Shown here: positions 37,666 to 48,538 of the stretch, piece by piece
How the letters are laid out: every line of letters starts with the position of its first letter
Position numbering within the stretch: the stretch's first letter is position 1
Assembly (NCBI GenBank): GCA_965222575.1
Contig: OZ244958.1
Coordinates: forward strand, 960,001-1,024,000
Origin: Alphaproteobacteria bacterium
GTDB lineage: Bacteria; Pseudomonadota; Alphaproteobacteria; G965222575
Direction: 5' to 3'
Length of the DNA stretch: 64,000 bases
Program-made: the position numbers and the translations under genes
Notes under the pieces: generated by a model
Told to the model about the DNA's origin: nothing
The model's database searches: none
Seen by the model: only the letters and a program-made list of their open reading frames with translations

Positions 37666-39594
37666 ATGCAGGTGAAATTTTTTTGTAAGCTGTGGTTTTT
37701 GTGCATAGGAATAGGGATTTTGGGGAAAGCTTTTGCCTATGGAGGCAGTGGCTCCATAGTGTTGAAAGTGGGGAATTATGAGTCTGTTATGATTGGAGAC
37801 CAACTGGTTGTCCCCCAAGAAGAGGATGATTTTTTGATTATTGAGGAGGTATCCCCTAAGAAGCGCTCGTCTTGGGCAAAAGATATCTTTGGGAATTTAG
37901 GGACCAATGTTGCTGGAGGTGTGGGCGGGAATCGTCGTATTTTCTCCGGTATTGTAGGCTTGGATAAAACAATTGGGCGTCTCCGCTTGTATGTGAGTGG
38001 AGGAATCATTTCCCATTATCAAAAGCAAAAGCAAAAGTTAGTGGGTGATATTAAGGAAAGGTTAGAAGAGGAGAAAAACGCTAGTGGGAGTGGAGGTGAG
38101 GATATGGATATGGGGGGGACTATGCCGATAGAGGGGGAGGCGGAGCTCTCTGAAGAGGAGAAAAACGCTAGTGAGAGTGGAGGTGAGGATATGGGGGGGA
38201 CTATGCGGATAGAGGAGGAGGAGGAGCTCTCTGAAGAGCGGGTGATTGACACTAAGGGGACAGAACTCACTCTTGATGAAGCCTATGGACAGTTGTCTAT
38301 TGGGGAAAAACTCTTGTTGCGTATTGGAAGACAACGCATTGTTTTAGGACAGTTTTTAGTATTTTCTCCTGTGAATTTTTTTGTTCTCCCTGCTAGAATG
38401 AGCGGAACGAGTATCTCCCATGAAAAAGTCAATTTCCGATATCCCCAGGATGGGATTTCTTTTGCCTTCTTTCCAACAGAGAAGATGGAAATACAAGGCT
38501 ATCTTTTTCGTCCCCGATATGATGAGCTGGTTCAAAAAGCCATAGAGATGAACTTGGTAGGATATGGTCTTGTGAAAACTGCAGATGGGATCCCTAAATT
38601 GGCCAATGAAGATAGATCCTTTATCAATGGACAAACCCCCTATGAACTCAAAGCTAGCAGTGTTTATGCACGAGGAGCAAGGGTCTTATTATACCATCAA
38701 GGCATGACATTAGGGGCTACGATATTCAAGGGCGTTGATGGGTATACAACGCACTCTAATGCGACCTTGAAGATAGCCCCTTTTACATCAACAACTGAGG
38801 ATGGGATCAATCTTTCTCTCACGGAAAAGGAGAAAAAGGGAGACGATGTACTCTATCTTCATTCGCCTGCGTTGGATAACGCTACCATGTCCCATAATGC
38901 AGGGATAGGCGTGGAGTTTTCCTATCAAAAAGGGAAGTGGGTACTCATTGGTGAGTACACACGCATTTATATGAATTTGGATTTTTATCTGGGTGACCAC
39001 TTTTATGATGAACCTGTTTCGGAGGATGACCTTAAGGCTTTTATCGAGTCTCCTCGAACACCAGATGATACGCCAGAAGGGCAGGACCTAGCACAACAAG
39101 CACTGTATCATTGGATTAAAAATAGCAATGATAAGAAGATGTATCTTGAGACAAAGGTTGACGCCATAGCCGTTGGTATTGAGTATCACGGTAAAAGGCT
39201 TAGTCTGTCGGCTGGTGTTGGCTGGTTGCTTGCAGTGAAGGGGAAAAGTCAAGACGATAAAAAAGGGTATACTTTGGCGAAATATGCCGGCTTTGTGAAC
39301 AGTGAGGAGGACGATGCTGTGTTGATTGTTCCGGCTGTTGCTGTCTTATATAATGCCAATGCTTCAGGCACGGTGAAGATTGGGGGGGCTTTTGGGATTG
39401 TAGGTCTTGGGACGGGGGTTGGGTTGACGGCTCAATTTCAGTTTCAGGAGCGCCTGCAGCTTGCTATTAATTGGCATAAAGGGGACAATATGGCTGGTTT
39501 TTTCTTGGAAAAAAGCAACTCTAAGGGAGGAAAGTATGAAAGAGCTGAAGAAGAGAGCAACATGTTTTCCTTAGTTGCTGTGTGGAAGTTTTAA
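37666..39594 (+). CDS. Exported/outer-membrane beta-barrel protein (DUF1302-like), paralogue A, with duplicated acidic insert
   Basis: Signal peptide ending AFA; LDEAY...LRIGRQRIVLG; terminal WKF; ~87-bp duplication at ~38065-38238. Confidence 0.65.
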   Translation: MQVKFFCKLWFLCIGIGILGKAFAYGGSGSIVLKVGNYESVMIGDQLVVPQEEDDFLIIEEVSPKKRSSWAKDIFGNLGTNVAGGVGGNRRIFSGIVGLDKTIGRLRLYVSGGIISHYQKQKQKLVGDIKERLEEEKNASGSGGEDMDMGGTMPIEGEAELSEEEKNASESGGEDMGGTMRIEEEEELSEERVIDTKGTELTLDEAYGQLSIGEKLLLRIGRQRIVLGQFLVFSPVNFFVLPARMSGTSISHEKVNFRYPQDGISFAFFPTEKMEIQGYLFRPRYDELVQKAIEMNLVGYGLVKTADGIPKLANEDRSFINGQTPYELKASSVYARGARVLLYHQGMTLGATIFKGVDGYTTHSNATLKIAPFTSTTEDGINLSLTEKEKKGDDVLYLHSPALDNATMSHNAGIGVEFSYQKGKWVLIGEYTRIYMNLDFYLGDHFYDEPVSEDDLKAFIESPRTPDDTPEGQDLAQQALYHWIKNSNDKKMYLETKVDAIAVGIEYHGKRLSLSAGVGWLLAVKGKSQDDKKGYTLAKYAGFVNSEEDDAVLIVPAVAVLYNANASGTVKIGGAFGIVGLGTGVGLTAQFQFQERLQLAINWHKGDNMAGFFLEKSNSKGGKYERAEEESNMFSLVAVWKF

Positions 39595-39738
39595 GCCTTA
39601 TGGTGTGAGGCGTACACTTGTTGTGCGTGTGGTCACTATCTCTATATATATATTTTTAGACATATGCCTCAAAATGGTTTAGAGTTTTCTTGTCATTATT
39701 TGTAAGGGTGTTTTTTTCAACTAGAGGCAAGGAGGAAT

Positions 39739-41391
39739 GTGATGCACAGAGTGATGCGTGTAGGGATGTCCTTCCTGTTTATGTTTAGTAGTAGCGTTTT
39801 TGCTTTACCCAATAGCTCCATTGTTTTAGGAGCATTGGAGACGGATTTTTTGACGACTGATGTGCAACTGCAGGAGGATTTTGTTATTGAGGAGAGTGTG
39901 TCGTCTAAGCCTTCGGCTTGGTCCAAGTATTTTTTTGGCAATATGGGCACGTATTTATCTAAAGGGCAGACCAGCAGTCGCTATGCGGTGTCTGGTGTTT
40001 TAGGAGTTGATAGAACAATAAACAAGATGCGCTTGTATTTGAGTGGCACCTTTGTAGCTATGAAGCAGGGGGTGAAACAAAAAAGAAGAGAAAATCGTAA
40101 AGGAGTTGCTGTAGCGGCAGAGGCGAGTCGTGACCTAGAGGGGTATACCATCACTATTGAAGGGGATGAAAGAACGATTGAATTTCAGGGGAAGAGTGTT
40201 GACTTAGATGAGGCCTATGGACAGTTTCCCCTTGGCGAAAAAGGGCTCTTGCGTTTAGGGCGGCAAAGGATTGTTATGGGGCAGTTTTTGCTTTTTTCTC
40301 CCATCAACTTTTTTATTCTGCCTGCTAAAGTGAGTGGGACGGGAATCTCGAGGGAAAAGATTCACTTCCGTTATCCTCAAGATGGGGTCTCCATGTTCTT
40401 TTTCCCCAGTGATAAAATAGAGATACAAGGCTACGTATTTCGTCTGAGGTATGACGAGTTGGTACAACAAGCTTTCCATTCTAATCTGTTTGTCTCTGGT
40501 CTGGTAAAGAAGGACGATGGCTCCTATGAATATGGAGCTAAACCCTACGAGCTTAAGACCAGTGGGGTTTATGGCAAAGGCATGAGGGTATTGTTTTACC
40601 AAAATAACTTGACCTTCGGGGCTATTGCCTTCAAAGGAGTCGATGGGTTTACAACGAACTTGAATTCTACCTTGAGCAAAACAAAGGTCACGGGGGCGAC
40701 TGCGTCGACTGCGTATCTTCAAAAGCTGGAGGCTTCTATGGCGTTTAATACGGGGGTTGGGGTTGAGGTGAAATACCAAAGAGGGAAGTGGACTCTGATA
40801 GGGGAATACGCCCGTATTTATCGTGATTCCAGCTTTTATCCTCATGAGTACAAAATCCTAGATGCTGGTGATTTAGAGTTGGCTGCTAAAATCAAACTTT
40901 ATGAGTGGGTTGCGGAGAAAAATGAGAATAAGATGTCCATCAAGTCCAAACTTGATATCATTGCCATTGGCGTGGAGTATTTCGGAGAGCGCTTAAGACT
41001 ATCGGCTGGTGTTGGTTGGTTGCTTTTACAGAGAGGAAGAACGCAGAAAGATAAAGAGGGATACGAGTTAGCAAAGGATGCGGACTTTATCACTGATTAT
41101 GAAAAAGATAATACGCAAATAGTCCCGGGAATTGTGGCTCTTTATACGCTCAATGATGCTGAGACTCTTAAGATTGGAGGTTTTGGTGGAGTTGTAGGGA
41201 GTGGGTTAGGGGTTGGTGTGTCGCTTCAGTTTTTGTATCAAGAGCGTTTTCATGTTGCCTTTAGTTGGATGAGGGCACGTCAGGCTTCTGAGTTTTTTTT
41301 GGAGGAGATTCTTCACAATCAAGGGAGGCAATTCAAAAGAACTTCTACTATGGATAACACAATTGCTTTGGTTGCTGTGCTACGGTATTAG
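39739..41391 (+). CDS. Exported/outer-membrane beta-barrel protein (DUF1302-like), paralogue B
   Basis: Shares LDEAYGQ, RQRIV.GQFL.FSP.NFF.LPA, FRYPQDG and FKGVDG with 37666..39594; terminal aromatic residue. Confidence 0.65.
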   Translation: MMHRVMRVGMSFLFMFSSSVFALPNSSIVLGALETDFLTTDVQLQEDFVIEESVSSKPSAWSKYFFGNMGTYLSKGQTSSRYAVSGVLGVDRTINKMRLYLSGTFVAMKQGVKQKRRENRKGVAVAAEASRDLEGYTITIEGDERTIEFQGKSVDLDEAYGQFPLGEKGLLRLGRQRIVMGQFLLFSPINFFILPAKVSGTGISREKIHFRYPQDGVSMFFFPSDKIEIQGYVFRLRYDELVQQAFHSNLFVSGLVKKDDGSYEYGAKPYELKTSGVYGKGMRVLFYQNNLTFGAIAFKGVDGFTTNLNSTLSKTKVTGATASTAYLQKLEASMAFNTGVGVEVKYQRGKWTLIGEYARIYRDSSFYPHEYKILDAGDLELAAKIKLYEWVAEKNENKMSIKSKLDIIAIGVEYFGERLRLSAGVGWLLLQRGRTQKDKEGYELAKDADFITDYEKDNTQIVPGIVALYTLNDAETLKIGGFGGVVGSGLGVGVSLQFLYQERFHVAFSWMRARQASEFFLEEILHNQGRQFKRTSTMDNTIALVAVLRY

Positions 41392-41446
41392 GGGGTTCCA
41401 TTTGATGACAAAATTCTTCGGGGCTTTTTTCATTTAATGATTAGGC

Positions 41447-43647
41447 ATGAAGAAGGGAAAATTATTGTTGCAATACGTGGTCCCTGTGATGATAGGGGGT
41501 GTGTGTATTTGGGGTTGGATGGGCTTGCAATCCCTCTCTATTGGAACGGAGAAGTGGTTATCGGAAGAAAATGTTTACCAGCAAGCGCAGCGTGAGCTAG
41601 AGCGGGAGTTTGATTCTACGGAAACATTCCTAGTAGTGTTAAAGGTCAAGGGGGATTTTTTTTCCTTTAGTTATCAAGAGTCTTTAATGGCTCTTAGTAA
41701 TGCTCTGTTAGCGTTAGAGGGGGTGGAAGATGTTGTGAGTCCGCTCACAGTTTCTGATATGATTCAGACGGACTCAACGTTGGCGATACAGCCTTATCAT
41801 AAGGGGTTTCAGAGCGGTGCGTTGCGGGACCAAGAGCAGTATCGGGAGGTGTTGCAGCAAAGTCCTTACTGGGGGAGACTTGTAGGAGGTACGGGAGAGC
41901 TGATTGTGTTACAGATTAAGCTCTTAAGTAAAGGTCAAAGTCTCAAGCGCCAGCACCTCATGGAAGAGATAGGCGTTATTTTAGGGCAGTTTCCTCTTCT
42001 TCTTGAGGGGGCGGTTTTCGCAGGAGAGGCGTTACTAAAGGACACACTTAATACCAAAACCCAGCAGCAGCTCTATAAGGTGTTGTTTTGGGTCACACTT
42101 CTAGTAGTAGGAGTTTTGGTATTGATGTATGGCTCTTTTGTTATCATGGGCATGATTTTTTCCATTGCCTTGATGTGTGTGATGGTGTCTTTTGCCCTTA
42201 TAAATTTTTCCGGTCACCCGTTTACAGTTTTGCACTTAATTTTACCGGCGATACTTGTGGTGATTGTCATAGCGGATAGCATTCATATCCTCAATCGTTG
42301 GATGTCTTTTGAAGAGTTTGCGGGATGGGAGCGGGTGGAAAAGACACTGCGTGCCACAGCGTTGCCTTGTTTTGTGACCTCTTTGACGACTGCTGTTGGG
42401 ATAGGGTCTTTTATGGTGAGTGATATCATTCCTCTTAAGACACTAGGACAAGATGGATTCTTTTCCATGATGCTGTCTTATGTGCTGACAGTGGGGGGGA
42501 TGGGGGTCTTGTTATGGCTTTATGGTCATTGCGTGAAGGGCAGGACAAGGTTGTTTTTCTTACTGAGGAGAGGAATCGAAAGGGTCTATAGACAGGTATT
42601 AGCCTACTATAAAATGATTATCACAGGGGCTTTAGGCTTAGCGTTGGTCTCTTTAGGGATGTGTTTTTTTCTCCGGACGGAAACGAACTTTTTAGAGGTC
42701 TTTTTTTTGAAATCCAGTAAGATTTTTCAGGATTTTATCTTTGTTGACCATCACCTTAAAGGGTCAGGAGTCCTTGAGCTTCTCATCTCATCTCCGCCGG
42801 AGGAAGGGGCATCTCTTGCTTTTCAGCACACACTTAATGACCTTGAGACTAAGCTGTTGACTATCACGGAGGTGAAAGACACTGTGAGTTCTCTTACAGT
42901 GTTGCGCCGGGTGCATGAGGTGTTGAAAACAGAAGAAATGGAAGACTTTCCTACTACAGAAGAACAGCTTGCACAGGAGATTCAGTTTTTAGAACTCTCA
43001 AGGAGCGAATCGCGCAAGGGCGTGTTAGAAGCCTATCTCAATTTTGACTATTCTCTTGCCCGTATGACAGTTCGTCTTCCCAATATGTCCTCTTCGGCTT
43101 TAGGCAATTTTCTGGAGGATATGCGCCCTATGTTACAGGATGTCTCTTATAGACTAGCAGGATTCAGTTACCATTTTTACGCTTTAAGTCGCTATATTCT
43201 CAAAACCCAAGGTGAGAGTTTGCTACTTGTCTTTATTGTGGTCTTTCTTCTGTTTTTGTTCTGTTTGGCTTGCGTCTGACTCTCATAGGGCTAGCCGTGA
43301 ACATACTGCCGATTGCTGTGGTGATGGGGAGTATAGCCCTCAGTGGGGTGCCGTTGGATTTGGCGACAGCGTTGGTTGCGTCTTTGACGTTAGGGCTGTG
43401 TGTAGATGATACTATCCATATGCTGTATTGCTATGTAAAGGGAGGGAAGTTGAAGGAAGCTCTTTATGTACCGGGACAGGCGATTGTGCAAAGTAGTGTG
43501 ATGTTTGTGTTAGCGGGAGGCGTGATTTTGTTATCTTCTGATTTGGTTTTGATGAGGAAATTTGGGGTCTTTATGTCTTTGGGGATTGCTTGTGCCTTAG
43601 TGGCGACGCTTTGGCTTTTGCCTGCGCTGTTAAGACGCTTCTCGTGA
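41447..43647 (+). pseudogene. MMPL/RND-family transporter split by a 1-nt frameshift (or sequence error)
   Basis: ADSIH and VDDTIH motifs; ORFs 41447..43279 and 43270..43647 join if one T is added to the T-run near 43253. Confidence 0.8.
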
Positions 43648-43703
43648 GATTTTTTTTTACACTTCTTCAATGTCTTCTGCTATAATGCTGCTCATGGAAA
43701 AGC

Positions 43704-44504
43704 GTGTGGAATCGTGAGATATCTCATTGTGCAAGGTCGGGTATGATAAGGCTAGCCAAAGTCTATACAGGGATTTTTTTCTTTTTAAGCCCTTTGGTTG
43801 TTGCGGAAGCGACTACAGGAAGAGAGGTGATGGAGGGGGTCTATAATCAGACGAAAATCCATACGACGCAGTCGGCGGATGTCCTGTTGGAGATTACTGA
43901 TAAAGGGGGCAAGAAACGCGAGCGGTGGTTTTCGCTCTTGACGAAGCATGAAGACCTTGATACAAAAAGTCTTTTGAAATTTTACAAGCCTCAAAATGTC
44001 AAAGGAACAGGTCTTCTGTCTCATAATCTTGAAGGAGAACAAAAGCCTATACAATGGATCTATTTACCGGCTTTTCGCTCGGTGAGACAGCTGTCTACCA
44101 GCGAACAAAATGATAGCTTCATGGGGTCAGATTTTTCTTACTATGATATTGGAGGTCGGAAACTTGACCAAGATGTGCATGAATTGCTCAAAGAGGACAA
44201 GAAGTACTATTATATACGCTCTTACCCTAAGGATGAGGAAGATGTTTATGCGTATTATGATACGACTGTTGCGAAGTCCATCATGGTGGTGAGGCGGGTT
44301 GTGTTTTATGACAGGAGTGCTAAAAAGATTAAAATGCTTGAAAACAAGAGGGTTGTGAAGATAGGGAAGATGTATTTGATAGCCGAGGCGGTGATGTTCA
44401 GTGAGATGACAGGTGGGCATACGCAGCTGGTGAAATCTGAGATTGAGGTGGATGTTTCTATTAGTGACCAAGATGTTGGGTTAAGGGGTCTTAAAGGTCA
44501 ATAG
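43704..44504 (+). CDS. Outer-membrane lipoprotein-sorting (LolA-like) protein
   Basis: P.NVKGTGLL, QWIYLPA, SFMGSDFSYYD; adjacent to MMPL; the true start may be ATG 43743. Confidence 0.85.
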   Translation: MWNREISHCARSGMIRLAKVYTGIFFFLSPLVVAEATTGREVMEGVYNQTKIHTTQSADVLLEITDKGGKKRERWFSLLTKHEDLDTKSLLKFYKPQNVKGTGLLSHNLEGEQKPIQWIYLPAFRSVRQLSTSEQNDSFMGSDFSYYDIGGRKLDQDVHELLKEDKKYYYIRSYPKDEEDVYAYYDTTVAKSIMVVRRVVFYDRSAKKIKMLENKRVVKIGKMYLIAEAVMFSEMTGGHTQLVKSEIEVDVSISDQDVGLRGLKGQ

Positions 44505-44506
44505 GG

Positions 44507-46210
44507 ATGTCTATTGGGATTGTTTTGGCACAAGTGCCTTCAAAGGTAGGAGATATAGAGGCTTGTGGGAAGCGTGTTGAGGAGATTTGTGCGGCGCACT
44601 GTGAGGATTGTGTTGTTTTTCCGGAGATGTTTTTAAGTGGGTATCCGCCTTGCGATGTAGTTTTGAGGGAGAGTTTTGTGGTGGCTTGTCGAAAGGAGGC
44701 GGAAAGGTTAGCGCGGTGTGTTGAGAATCCGGCTGTATTCTTACCGATGCCTTGGCGGCGTGGGGGAGACTTGTTGAATGCTGTGGCGGTGTTGCGGGGA
44801 GGGAAGGTTGAGTGCGTGATAGGCAAGAGTTGTTTGCCTAATGAAGGGGTATTTGATGAGAAGCGTTATTTTGTTTCCTCTTCTCTTTCTAGTCCGTTAA
44901 AAATTGGAGGAGTGAGGATACAAGTTTTAATCTGTGAAGATATTTGGCAGGAGAGTCTGTGTACTACTCTAGCGGAGAGACTGGAGGGGATAGACCTTGT
45001 TCTTGTTGTGAATGGGTCTCCTTTTGAGAGTGGGAAAGACGCCATGCGCCGTGCTCTTCTGAGAAAGCGGCAACAGGCGTTTTCGGTTCCTATTTTGTAT
45101 CTTAATGCTACTGGTGCTCAGGATGAGATAGTATTTGATGGGGGCAGTTTTCTCATCTCTGACGAGCAAGAGGTTAAAGCGCCTTTTTTTCGGTCATGTT
45201 TATTGTGTACTCGGTGGGAGAAATCCCATAACAAGCTTTGTCTTCAAGGGGTGAAGACAAAGGCGTTAAGTGTTGGGTTTACCCCGTGTACTCTTTTGAA
45301 TTTTTCTTCTGCGCTGTCTTTAGTTTATGGGGCTTTGGTGGAGGGGTTGGGGCAGTATATGGAGAGGTGCGGGTTTGAGAAAGTTGTGTTGGGGTTATCT
45401 GGGGGGATAGATTCGGCTCTTTGTGCTAGTGTGTGTGTGGATGCGGTGGGGTGTGATAGGGTGGAGGGGATTTTTTTGAAGACGCGTTTTAATCCTCCAT
45501 CTACTTATAGGGATGTGCAGGACATTGCTAGGAGGTTAGGGATTAGGCTTAGGGTTTTGGATATAGAGGATTTGCGTTGTGAGATTCGGGAGTTGTTAGA
45601 GAGTTTTGCTGTTGAAGGGATTGGCAAGGAGATAGCAGAGCAAAATCAGCAAGCGCGTCTCAGAGGCTTATGTCTAATGGCGGTTTCTAATTTCACGGGG
45701 TCTCTTGTGGTGTGTTCTTCTAACAAGTCGGAGCTTGCTAGTGGGTATGCGACTTTGTACGGGGATATGATAGGGGGGTATAGTCCGTTGAAGGATGTGT
45801 ACAAGACGGGGGTATATGAGTTGGCGCGTTTTCGTAATGGGTATGAAGAAGAGAGGGGAGGGGAGGGGTTTTTTTCGTCTTTGGTTTTATTGAAGGCGCC
45901 GTCTGCGGAGCTTGCGGAGGGGCAACGGGATGAGGAGGCATTGCCTCCTTATGAGGTTTTGGATAGGATTTTATTTTTGTTAATAGAAGAAGGTTTGGGG
46001 GTAGAAGAGGTGATAGAGCGCGGAGAGGAGGAGTCTGTGGTGAGGAAGGTAGCGAATGATTTATTTTCGTCTGAGTATAAGCGGTATCAGAGTCCTCCGG
46101 GCGTTAAGGTGACGCGTTGTGCTTTTGGTAGGGATTGGCGTTATCCGCTTGCTGGTTCTAGGGTGGGGTGGGGGTTAGTTGGGGAGAGGAGGAGGAGGAA
46201 GAAGGGATGA
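44507..46210 (+). CDS. nadE: Glutamine-dependent NAD+ synthetase
   Basis: FPEMFLSGYP, LPNEGVFDEKRYF, ICED, GLSGGIDS, NKSE..GYATLYGD. Confidence 0.95.
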   Translation: MSIGIVLAQVPSKVGDIEACGKRVEEICAAHCEDCVVFPEMFLSGYPPCDVVLRESFVVACRKEAERLARCVENPAVFLPMPWRRGGDLLNAVAVLRGGKVECVIGKSCLPNEGVFDEKRYFVSSSLSSPLKIGGVRIQVLICEDIWQESLCTTLAERLEGIDLVLVVNGSPFESGKDAMRRALLRKRQQAFSVPILYLNATGAQDEIVFDGGSFLISDEQEVKAPFFRSCLLCTRWEKSHNKLCLQGVKTKALSVGFTPCTLLNFSSALSLVYGALVEGLGQYMERCGFEKVVLGLSGGIDSALCASVCVDAVGCDRVEGIFLKTRFNPPSTYRDVQDIARRLGIRLRVLDIEDLRCEIRELLESFAVEGIGKEIAEQNQQARLRGLCLMAVSNFTGSLVVCSSNKSELASGYATLYGDMIGGYSPLKDVYKTGVYELARFRNGYEEERGGEGFFSSLVLLKAPSAELAEGQRDEEALPPYEVLDRILFLLIEEGLGVEEVIERGEEESVVRKVANDLFSSEYKRYQSPPGVKVTRCAFGRDWRYPLAGSRVGWGLVGERRRRKKG

Positions 46211-47622
46211 GTGGGGTTTTGAGGAAGCCTGTGGTACGGTTTGCACCTTCTCCTACTGGTTTGTTGCATGTTGGGAATGTGCGCGTATTTGCGTTGAATT
46301 GGTTACTAGCGCGTCGTGGGGGAGGGGAGGTAATTTTACGATTTGACGATACGGATAGTCGGCGTGTGAGGACTGAGTACATAGAGGCTATCAGAGAAGA
46401 TTTGGCTTGGTTGAGGTTATCGGTGGATAGGGAGGAATTTCAGTCTAGGAGGAAGAAGCGTTATGATGAGGTGATAGCGTTTTTGAAGGAAGAAGGTCGG
46501 TTGTATGCGTGTTTTGAGACGCCCGACGAGCTTGAGCGGAAGCGGTTACGCCAGCAAGAGCGTGGTCTTCCGCCTATTTACGATAGAGAGGCTTTGTCTT
46601 TAGCCCTTGGGGAGAAGGAGGCTTTACGGGGGAGGCGTCCTCATTATAGGTTTTTGTTATCTAGGGGCACAGAGTCTTGGGAGGATAAGGTTATGTCATG
46701 GAGAAAGTATGACACCTCTCATGTGAGTGATCCTGTATTAGTGAGAGCTGATGGGAGTGTTTTGTATACATTGTGTTCTGTGATTGATGATAGGGATTTT
46801 GGGGTTACTGATATTATTCGCGGTCAGGATCATTTAGTGAACACGGCGGTACAGCTAGAGATTTTGCGTGCATTAGGCGGGGAGGAGAGCAAGATTGCCT
46901 TTGGTCATATTCCGTTGATGGTAGGTGGGGAAGGAGAGCCTTTATCCAAGCGTCTTGGGTCATTAACGATTAGGGGGTTGAGGGAAGAAGGGATAGGCTG
47001 GCGTTCTTTGTTGCAGTTGTTGTTGTTGGGGGAGGGGGGAAAAGCTATAGAAGGGGATTTTTGGGGGTCTTTTTTGGAGGAGGGGGAGAGTAGGTTCAGG
47101 GAGTCGTTGAGTTCCCAAGCGTTTCGTTTTGATAAGAAGTCGTTGAGGCATCTTGAAGCGTTGTATGTGAGGGATTGGTCTTATGAGGAGGTAGAGTCTG
47201 TATTGCGTAAGGAGAAGTTGTTGCTTAAGGATGTGTGTGTATTTTGGGATATTGTGAGGGGGAATATTGAGAGGGAGGGGGATATTTTGTATTGGGCACG
47301 AGTGGTGTGCGGTGAGGAGGAGGAGGAGGGGGAGGGGCTTGCGGGGGAGTGGGGGGAGAAGGATTTGGGGGTTTTGCGGGTAGCTTTAGAGGTGCTACCG
47401 GAGGAGGAGGAGGAAGGGGAGGGTTTTGATGAGGAGTCTGTGGAGTGCTGGATAAAAGCGTTAGTGAAGGCGATGGGTGGCGGTGGGAAAGAGGTGTTTT
47501 TGCCCTTACGGCTAGCGTTAACGGGCCGTATTAAGGGGCCTGTTCTCGGGGAATTTTTACCCCTTTTGTCGCGACAATTGATAAGGAAGCGAATCAACAG
47601 TGCAATCAAAAGCAAGAAATAG
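46207..47622 (+). CDS. gltX: Glutamate-tRNA ligase
   Basis: VRFAPSPTG.LHVGN, RFDDTD, LSKR; ATG 46207 overlaps the nadE stop. Confidence 0.93.
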   Translation: MSGVLRKPVVRFAPSPTGLLHVGNVRVFALNWLLARRGGGEVILRFDDTDSRRVRTEYIEAIREDLAWLRLSVDREEFQSRRKKRYDEVIAFLKEEGRLYACFETPDELERKRLRQQERGLPPIYDREALSLALGEKEALRGRRPHYRFLLSRGTESWEDKVMSWRKYDTSHVSDPVLVRADGSVLYTLCSVIDDRDFGVTDIIRGQDHLVNTAVQLEILRALGGEESKIAFGHIPLMVGGEGEPLSKRLGSLTIRGLREEGIGWRSLLQLLLLGEGGKAIEGDFWGSFLEEGESRFRESLSSQAFRFDKKSLRHLEALYVRDWSYEEVESVLRKEKLLLKDVCVFWDIVRGNIEREGDILYWARVVCGEEEEEGEGLAGEWGEKDLGVLRVALEVLPEEEEEGEGFDEESVECWIKALVKAMGGGGKEVFLPLRLALTGRIKGPVLGEFLPLLSRQLIRKRINSAIKSKK

Positions 47623-47655
47623 AATTGCACTATTTTAGAATTTTCTGTATACTTT

Positions 47656-48504
47656 TTGACTAAAGAGGTTATGACCATGCGGAAAAGTGCAGCAGTTATG
47701 AGAAGTGGTTTAGGGATTGTTTCAGTTTTCAGGCTTTTTTGTCTGATGATTGTGTTGTCTTTTGTGTGTTCTGCGGTGAGTGCGGGGGCGGTGTCTGGGC
47801 TTTATGTAGAAGGGAGTTTTGGGTATGCTAGGCTGAATTATAAGAAAGCATTTGCTTTATCGATTCGCCATGCGGAAAAAACCTCAGGGATAGTGTCTTT
47901 TGATAAGAAGCCTATGTCTTTTGGGTTAGCGGCTGGTTTAATGTTTACGCGCTCTGATGGTCTTTTGTGGGGACTGATGCCGCACTATACGCGTTATGGT
48001 GCTTTTGAACAGACGTTGACCTTTGATTACTATGCTCGTGACAAGAAATTAGCAAGCGCTATTCCTGTGAAGAAGGATTACCTAGTGGTAACAGGCTTAG
48101 GGGTTTCCCTCCCCATAGGGTATCGCGTGCATTTGTGGGGTAGGAGTCATGGGTCTTTTTATTTCTTAGTGGGATTGGAATCGGTACACTCTAAGACGAA
48201 GGCAGTAGAGATTAAGCCTTCTGATTTATCCTCTGGTGTTAGTATCAGAAATTTAGGAGACAAAACCTATCAATTGGATGCGAAGGAGTTAACGCGTTTA
48301 TCTAATCGTTATGGTGTGGGGATGATGTTTGATAGCGGTAGTGCTATGGTGTTTGGTATAACCTACACGCTGTCTAAGGTGCTTCTGCCTTCTCATCAGG
48401 GCGTAGCGGAGAAGAACTTGAGAACAGAGTTAGAGGCAAAGAAGCCGCACAGATTGCATAGATTGAGTCTCTTTTTGGGGTCTATGGGAAATTTTTCCCC
48501 GTGA
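47656..48504 (+). CDS. Outer-membrane beta-barrel protein, array member 1
   Basis: Signal peptide, GLYVEGSFGY, amphipathic strands; atypical C-terminus. Confidence 0.65.
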   Translation: MTKEVMTMRKSAAVMRSGLGIVSVFRLFCLMIVLSFVCSAVSAGAVSGLYVEGSFGYARLNYKKAFALSIRHAEKTSGIVSFDKKPMSFGLAAGLMFTRSDGLLWGLMPHYTRYGAFEQTLTFDYYARDKKLASAIPVKKDYLVVTGLGVSLPIGYRVHLWGRSHGSFYFLVGLESVHSKTKAVEIKPSDLSSGVSIRNLGDKTYQLDAKELTRLSNRYGVGMMFDSGSAMVFGITYTLSKVLLPSHQGVAEKNLRTELEAKKPHRLHRLSLFLGSMGNFSP

Positions 48505-48538
48505 GCAGGGGGACCTAGCGGGTACTTGTGATTGAATA

